Positions 1-6,587 of a stretch of DNA of 32,000 nt are shown here, one piece after another; position 1 is the first letter of the stretch; each line of letters starts with the position of its first letter. The translations under genes and the position numbers were made by a program. The notes under the pieces are model-generated. The model did no database searches. It was not told where the DNA came from and saw only the letters and a program-made list of their open reading frames with translations. Origin of the DNA: Candidatus Thalassarchaeaceae archaeon (GTDB lineage Archaea; Thermoplasmatota; Poseidoniia; Poseidoniales; Thalassarchaeaceae); NCBI GenBank assembly GCA_045568075.1, contig JBJLBP010000001.1, positions 1,170,001-1,202,000 on the forward strand, written 5' to 3'.

Positions 1-6
1 TGACTC

Positions 7-2061
7 GTGACGACTACACGTCCCGGTATCGAGAGGATATTCTCTTGGTCGGCTCTCGATGAAAAGTCGAGGGTTGCTATTCTCGTCACCATTTTTCTTG
101 TCGTATCGATTGCTCCCGCTGTCGGTCAGAGTATCGAGACTGGATGGCAAGTCGTCGATTCAGGTACTGATGCTGATCTGAACGCGGCAGTGACTCATGG
201 CGAGTCTGTTTGGGCCTTCGGAGATTCAGGAACGGTTCTACTTAGTGAGGATGGAGGGGTGTTGTGGGAGACTCAGACATCTCTAGGAGATTCCGACCTA
301 ATTGCCGCAGATTCATTCGAAGATTCGATGGCAGTTCTTGCCTCTGATGGTTTGGTCTATCTTATGGTAGGGCTGAATGCCGATTGGCAGACTCTTGATT
401 CTAGTCGTACGGACATGAGAAGTCTGGCAGTGACTGGGAGCGAATCGCTGGTGCTAGTTGGAGATTCAGGCGTCATTCTCGAATATTCAACTGGAACCTG
501 GACTGAGCGCACCAGTGTTTTCGACAAAGATCTGAATGATGTTTCTTTCCGTGACGATTTGAATGGATTTGCCGTCGGAGATGAGGGGATGATTCTCGCA
601 ACAACCGATGGCGGTTTGTCATGGGATTACCGTGAAACCCCATCCGGAGCAGAGGGTTCTGCCCTAGTCTCCGTTGAATACTTCAATCCATACCGAATGT
701 TTGCTGTCAGTGATTCGGGACAGATTCTCTATTCCACTTCTGTCGGTGGTTACGAGTGGAATCTAAGGGAAATTGAATCAGAGGAATACAATACGTCTCT
801 GGGAGTATCACTTAGCTCTCTAAATGTGGTCTCATCATCGAAGATTCTCTTCACAGGAGAAGATGGATTCCTCGGTTTGAGTCTTGATCAAGGACTCAAT
901 GTTGAGGATAACATTCTGCCGGAAGGCGTGAGCACTTCATTCAATGATCACGCCATGTTCGATTACCTAGTCGGAATCGTTGTTGGAGATGGGGGTGTGA
1001 TTCTCTATACCGAATCCGCTGGTGAGAACGACAACGTGGGATTCGAGATTCCGGATTACAATAACTTCGGCGAATTCGTTGAATACGCCGATGATATGCT
1101 ACTGGGTGGGTTCATCGCCACTGTGAAGGTAGTCATCTTCGGAATTCTGTTCGGTTTCTTCATAGGAGTTATTCTGGCGATGATGAAGACCGCTCCAACC
1201 TCTTTCAAGAATCTCTTCGAAGGCGTTCAATTACCCATTGTCAAAGGCATAGGAGGAGTTCTCTCTGTTACTTCGGTGGTGCTCATTTACACGGGAGGCA
1301 GTAGATTCGGAGACCTCGGTCTTGAGGGATTGGAGTACATCTTCACACCAGTCGGTGACCCAGAAGGTTTCGCAATGTTTGCACTCGGAATTGGTTTGTT
1401 GGCCTTGGGAATTCAATTCAGTCTTGCTGATTTGAAACTCTCTGGACCTCTATTCAAGGTGCGCCCACTAAACACTCTCGCGACGATCTACACCGATTTC
1501 TTCAGGAATACTCCTTTGATTGTCCAATTCTTCTTCATCCACTTTGGCTTGAGTTTGGGGATGAGGTTGCAGCAAATCTTCGAGGGCTCATTCGGAGATG
1601 CTGGTGTTGACGGCCTCGACTACTTCTTCTATGGAGATCGAACTTTCTTGAGTGCAATTTTCACACTCGGACTCAACTCTGGCGCATACCAGTGTGAGAC
1701 AATCCGAGGGGCAATTGCAGCCATTCCAAGCGGCCAGATGGAAGCTGGAAGAAGTATAGGATTGACATATCTTGGAACAATGCAATTGGTGATTATGCCA
1801 CAGGCAATTCGAATCTGTATTCCACCTATTGGGAATGAAATGGTCAATCTAGTGTTGAATTCGTCTCTAGCGATGGTCATCGGATATTCTGAACTCTCCC
1901 GACAAGGTAGGCTGATGGTAGCGACCACCTTCCAGATTTTCTCAGCATGGGGCTTGGTGATGATATCCTACTTTGTCGTGACTTGGACTCTAGCGATGCT
2001 GTTGAGGCGTCTTGAGGACTGGTCACGAATACCAGGTTTAGGAATTTCAGGAGGTTCGTGA
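7..2061 (+). CDS. Fusion protein: N-terminal signal-anchor, extracytoplasmic 7-bladed BNR/Asp-box (Ycf48-like) beta-propeller, and polar amino-acid ABC transporter permease (HisM/GlnP type)
   Basis: 684-aa ORF starting at GTG 7, with an in-frame TGA at 1-3 that suggests coupling to an upstream gene. TM segment VAILVTIFLVVSIAPAV. Seven blade motifs of the form (G/S)D.G.(I/V)L at residues 71, 112, 151, 190, 234, 283 and 326. Asp-box-like SEDGGVLWE and TTDGGLSWD. The C-terminal half has FRNTPLIVQFFFIHFG and the EAA loop EAGRSIGLTYLGTMQLVIMPQAIRICIPPIGNE, typical of amino-acid permeases. The stop abuts the ATPase start. Confidence 0.8.
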   Translation: MTTTRPGIERIFSWSALDEKSRVAILVTIFLVVSIAPAVGQSIETGWQVVDSGTDADLNAAVTHGESVWAFGDSGTVLLSEDGGVLWETQTSLGDSDLIAADSFEDSMAVLASDGLVYLMVGLNADWQTLDSSRTDMRSLAVTGSESLVLVGDSGVILEYSTGTWTERTSVFDKDLNDVSFRDDLNGFAVGDEGMILATTDGGLSWDYRETPSGAEGSALVSVEYFNPYRMFAVSDSGQILYSTSVGGYEWNLREIESEEYNTSLGVSLSSLNVVSSSKILFTGEDGFLGLSLDQGLNVEDNILPEGVSTSFNDHAMFDYLVGIVVGDGGVILYTESAGENDNVGFEIPDYNNFGEFVEYADDMLLGGFIATVKVVIFGILFGFFIGVILAMMKTAPTSFKNLFEGVQLPIVKGIGGVLSVTSVVLIYTGGSRFGDLGLEGLEYIFTPVGDPEGFAMFALGIGLLALGIQFSLADLKLSGPLFKVRPLNTLATIYTDFFRNTPLIVQFFFIHFGLSLGMRLQQIFEGSFGDAGVDGLDYFFYGDRTFLSAIFTLGLNSGAYQCETIRGAIAAIPSGQMEAGRSIGLTYLGTMQLVIMPQAIRICIPPIGNEMVNLVLNSSLAMVIGYSELSRQGRLMVATTFQIFSAWGLVMISYFVVTWTLAMLLRRLEDWSRIPGLGISGGS
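2049..2055 (+). promoter_or_regulatory. Shine-Dalgarno site (AGGAGGT) for the ABC ATPase gene
   Basis: AGGAGGT lies 7 nt upstream of ATG 2062, inside the 3' end of the permease gene. Confidence 0.55.
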
Positions 2062-2805
2062 ATGTCACAAGTCGTTCTTTCGATTCGCGATCTGCACAAA
2101 ATCTACGCAGGTGGAGTTCACGCCGTTCGTGGTGTCTCTTTCGATGTACATGAGGGTGAGTCAGTCGCGATCATCGGTTCGTCCGGCTCGGGTAAGTCGA
2201 CAGTACTACGTTGCATCAATCGCTTGATCGAGCCGACAGAGGGTGCGATTCTACTTCGTGATGAACAGATTAACACACCCAGTGCTGATGTTAACGAGGT
2301 TCGCAGTAGAATCGGCATGGTTTTCCAATCCTTTGAGTTATTTGCTCATCTGAAGGTTCTCGATAATGTGACTCTTGGGCTAAGGCATGTTCGTGGGATG
2401 AGCAAAGAGGAAGCAAATGAGGTGGCTCTCGAAGTGCTTGGACGAGTCGATATGCTTGAGCGAGTCGATGCTTATCCCGGTAATCTCTCAGGTGGACAAA
2501 AACAGCGAGTCGCTATCGCTCGTGCGCTAGCGATGAAGCCTGAGGTGATTCTCTTCGATGAGCCTACTAGCGCGCTCGACCCCGAACTCATTGGATCAGT
2601 GCTGCAAACCATTCGTGGGCTCGCCGATGAAGGAATGACGATGGTTATCGTCACTCATGAAATCAATTTCGCAAGAGATGTAGCAGATCGCATCGTCTAC
2701 ATGGATCATGGACAGGTCGCAGAGGAAGGACCGTCGTCAATTGTCAATGAACCAAAATCCGATCGACTGAAGAAATTCCTTTCATCAATTAACGAAGAGC
2801 ATTGA
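2062..2805 (+). CDS. Polar amino-acid ABC transporter ATP-binding protein (GlnQ/HisP-like)
   Basis: Walker A GSSGSGKST, Q-loop MVFQSF, signature LSGGQKQRVAIARAL, Walker B ILFDEPTSALD, H-loop VIVTHE. 247 aa. The ATG immediately follows the permease TGA. Confidence 0.95.
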   Translation: MSQVVLSIRDLHKIYAGGVHAVRGVSFDVHEGESVAIIGSSGSGKSTVLRCINRLIEPTEGAILLRDEQINTPSADVNEVRSRIGMVFQSFELFAHLKVLDNVTLGLRHVRGMSKEEANEVALEVLGRVDMLERVDAYPGNLSGGQKQRVAIARALAMKPEVILFDEPTSALDPELIGSVLQTIRGLADEGMTMVIVTHEINFARDVADRIVYMDHGQVAEEGPSSIVNEPKSDRLKKFLSSINEEH

Positions 2806-2861
2806 TTCGAAATCACTGTGATTCAAATCAACGTCTGTATTCAGACAGCTCAAATTTCCAC

Positions 2862-4304
<1,443 letters not shown>

Positions 4305-4324
4305 TCATACATCGAAGATACATC

Positions 4325-4341
4325 CCCAAAGGGGATGAAAT
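4325..4341 (-). terminator. Candidate stem-loop downstream of the HD gene (CATCCCC-AAA-GGGGATG)
   Basis: Perfect 7-bp stem with a 3-nt loop, 22 nt beyond the HD gene stop, in the 145-nt gap before gdhA. Its role in archaeal termination is uncertain. Confidence 0.3.
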
Positions 4342-4362
4342 TTAGCCGTCGTACTACAGAAA

Positions 4363-5679
4363 TCATTCGAATAGATGACGCTCTGCAAGTCGAGCCACAT
4401 TCTTCTCATGCCCCGGGAGAGTCATGACGTACACTGCAGCCTGGCTAACTTGCCTTTTGCGCAAGGCCTCTGCTATTGGTGTGTGGTCGCGGAACCAACG
4501 GGTTCTGCTGTCGTCACCTATGATTCGGATGTCGACTGCAGCCATCCTCGGTTCCGAGAGGAGGAGTTTGACGCTGGGCACATCAACGGCGACGTATCCA
4601 GGAGGGAGTCCTGCTCGGTGAGCAAGGTCATCCTCAACCTCGCGACGCTTCTCTGAATTTTGGGCGATTTCAACGAGCTGTTCAATTTGTGTTGTGGAAA
4701 GTTCGTCCTGGCGCCGGCTAGCAGCGACTTTGAGCATCTGACGATATTTCAGTCGGCGCATCATATCTCGAGCGTAGTCTCCAGCTTCGTAAAGTGCCTG
4801 CCAGATTTCAGCGTCGACTCGACGCTGCATATCGGTCGGATCAGGTAATTTGTCGGCGCTGCGCTCGACTGCGCGACTGAGCATTACTTCGGTGACGCGC
4901 GTGACTCGATGGAAGTATACAGCGCTGTACATCAAACCACGCGCCACCAGCATACCTTCGAGGGCGGCGAGACCGCCTTCCTCTACTGCAACATCGCCGC
5001 CGTGACGACGTAAGCAAGAGATTAGGCGGCGATGATCAACGATTCCATGCTTCACGCCAGTAAAGTGGGAATCGCGGAGTAAGTAATCGAGTTGGTCACA
5101 ATCGACCGGGCCATGGACCAAATTACCGAGAGTCCGATCCTCTGAGACAAGATCCTCCTTACCATCAGTCCATGAGAGAAGAGTTCGTTCTGATCCCCGC
5201 GCATCAGGACCGCGGATTAGAGCGGCGACATCCTCCGGTTCGATGCCATGCCGCTCGAGGATGTCGGGGATTCGCTGGCGCTCGGTGACACTCGTTTCCT
5301 CACCCTCCCGTAATACATCGTACTCTCCGAGGATGATACCTTCGGTGATTGACATGTGGTCGAGTCCACCTCGCTCGTGCAGAATGTGTTCAAGGGTGTG
5401 AGAGTAAGGGCCATGTCCGACGTCGTGGAGCATCCCTGCAACTTGAACGAGATTCTTCTCTGACTCATCCAATCCAATCGAGTCTGACATCATTCCACCA
5501 ACATGGGAAACTCCAAGCGAGTGTTCGAATCGAGTGTGGTGGGCTCCAGGGAATACGAGGTGAGCTAAACCCAATTGCTTGATGTGACTCAATTTGTTAA
5601 TCTCAGGTGTTGCCAGCAAGTCTGCACGGACACCATCGAGCGAGAATTGGCCGTGAATCGCGTCGTTGATGACCTTCAT
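4363..5679 (-). CDS. HD-domain phosphohydrolase (COG1078 / dNTP triphosphohydrolase-like)
   Basis: MKVINDAIHGQFSL start, HTRFEHSLGVSHV, MLHDVGHGPYSH and DCDQLDYLLRDSHFTG motifs. ATG 5679 is preferred over the TTG-extended ORF reaching 5748. Confidence 0.85.
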   Translation of the reverse strand: MKVINDAIHGQFSLDGVRADLLATPEINKLSHIKQLGLAHLVFPGAHHTRFEHSLGVSHVGGMMSDSIGLDESEKNLVQVAGMLHDVGHGPYSHTLEHILHERGGLDHMSITEGIILGEYDVLREGEETSVTERQRIPDILERHGIEPEDVAALIRGPDARGSERTLLSWTDGKEDLVSEDRTLGNLVHGPVDCDQLDYLLRDSHFTGVKHGIVDHRRLISCLRRHGGDVAVEEGGLAALEGMLVARGLMYSAVYFHRVTRVTEVMLSRAVERSADKLPDPTDMQRRVDAEIWQALYEAGDYARDMMRRLKYRQMLKVAASRRQDELSTTQIEQLVEIAQNSEKRREVEDDLAHRAGLPPGYVAVDVPSVKLLLSEPRMAAVDIRIIGDDSRTRWFRDHTPIAEALRKRQVSQAAVYVMTLPGHEKNVARLAERHLFE

Positions 5680-5789
5680 ACCCAACCCTGCGCGGCTGCG
5701 AGAGGCCCATCCGCCTTCAACTGAACTATGTCGGCGAGAAAACGGCAAATCTTGAAATCAATGAATTCTGGGCAAGTTTCCTCATCCTG

Positions 5790-5809
5790 TGTATTTCATT
5801 TGTATTTCA
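5790..5809. promoter_or_regulatory. Direct repeat TGTATTTCA x2 in an AT-rich divergent promoter region (candidate operator or TATA region)
   Basis: TGTATTTCA occurs at 5790-5798 and 5801-5809, an 11-bp register. It is followed by TTGCATTACATTTAAG. The repeats sit between the divergent HD and RHH genes. Confidence 0.3.
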
Positions 5810-5864
5810 ATTGCATTACATTTAAGACCCCCCAGCCTACTTGCAGGCTCAGGAGGAAGGCGGA

Positions 5865-6230
5865 GTGACAGGTCAAAGCCCGATGGTATCGCTTAGGATT
5901 CCAGAAGACCACTTGCTCGAACTCGAGCGCAGGGTTGGGTTCGATGGTATGCGAAACCGGTCCGATGTGATCCGTGAAGCCATCAGGCGTTACCTTGCCA
6001 CACCAGCCATTCCCTCCGGCACCCGCGTCGAGGTCGACCTCGGTCCGGACCTCAGCGCTCGCCTGGAAGACTTCTGTCGAATCCACGGCGAGATGCCTGA
6101 TGTCGTTCTGAGATACGCGGCGCGCGAGCACATCGCGCGCGCATCGGCTGACGACGCGACGGTCGATGCGGCGCTGCGCAAGCGGCTAGACGAGCTTCGT
6201 GCTCGCTTCGACGAATCGGCCGGACAATAA
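5865..6230 (+). CDS. Ribbon-helix-helix (CopG/Arc/MetJ-like) DNA-binding protein with two RHH-like units in one chain
   Basis: Unit 1 is VSLRIPEDHLLELERRV...RSDVIREAIRRYL. Unit 2 is RVEVDLGPDLSARLEDFCRIHGEMPDVVLRYAAREHI. GTG 5865 lies 8 nt after AGGAGG (5851-5856). ATG 5883 is an alternative start. Confidence 0.7.
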   Translation: MTGQSPMVSLRIPEDHLLELERRVGFDGMRNRSDVIREAIRRYLATPAIPSGTRVEVDLGPDLSARLEDFCRIHGEMPDVVLRYAAREHIARASADDATVDAALRKRLDELRARFDESAGQ

Positions 6231-6587
6231 GGTGAGAGACATGGGTGAGAATGGGATGCACTCGAACTCCGCGGGGGGGCGACCTAGTCGCCCCTCTGCA
6301 CCACACCACTCCAAGGCAGTCTTGACTGTCGGATTCAGAGGACTGCAGCGCCGTGCGCGCCTTTCGAACGCGATCGGATATAGCGCAGCAGAGGCTCCAC
6401 GCCCTAAACGCCCCGACCTCTCAACTCGCAGCCGCCACCATGATCTCGAAAAGCGAGATAACTGAAAATCAACACACACACCGTCCCGCCCTTTTCGGGC
6501 GGGACACCCTTCTTGGACAGTCTGATGCGCCATATCCGCCTGAGTGAGCAGGCTGAACCTTGATGGGTAAGAGCCGAATCATCAGTC
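6231..6587. ncRNA. Candidate structured non-coding RNA or long structured leader; family and strand unassigned
   Basis: 357-nt GC-rich gap, whereas the other same-strand gaps I measured (5 of them) are 93 nt or less. ORFs on either strand are only Arg/Pro/Ser-rich. Stable hairpins lie at 6271-6299, 6343-6391, 6443-6459, 6483-6505 and 6538-6553. There is a possible long-range pairing of 6375-6387 with 6526-6538. Confidence 0.3.

Noticed and set aside
4363-6230. HD-domain dNTPase-like gene next to an RHH regulator, considered as a nucleotide-depletion anti-virus defence module
   Set aside because: The HD protein has the architecture of the widely conserved COG1078 housekeeping-type hydrolase. 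The genes are divergent, not co-transcribed, and no other defence-associated genes or mobile-element hallmarks flank them.
6283-6300. GTCGCCCCTCTGCACCAC resembles the 3' end of the tRNA-Leu gene (GCTCCCTGCACCA at 24315-24327), raising the idea of att-site direct repeats bracketing an 18-kb island
   Set aside because: Only about 8-10 nt match. The copy lies on the 5' side of the tRNA, the wrong side for tRNA-3'-end integration. No integrase or other mobile-element gene lies between the two sites.
6186-6533. ORFs of 115 aa (minus strand), 88 aa and 64 aa (plus strand) in the GC-rich gap, considered as a toxin partner for the RHH protein (a TA module)
   Set aside because: The translations are Arg/Pro/Ser/Gly-rich with no recognisable toxin fold motif (RelE, ParE, VapC or MazF). 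No plausible RBS or start context is present. The region is dominated by stable hairpins, so it is treated as non-coding.
6231-6587. Assigning the structured gap specifically to RNase P RNA or SRP (7S) RNA because of its size
   Set aside because: I could not locate the near-universal GAGGAAAGUCC / ACAGAA..GGCUUA elements of RNase P on either strand. The GNAR-tetraloop plus AGCA helix-8 signature of SRP RNA is also absent. The identity is left open pending a covariance-model search.
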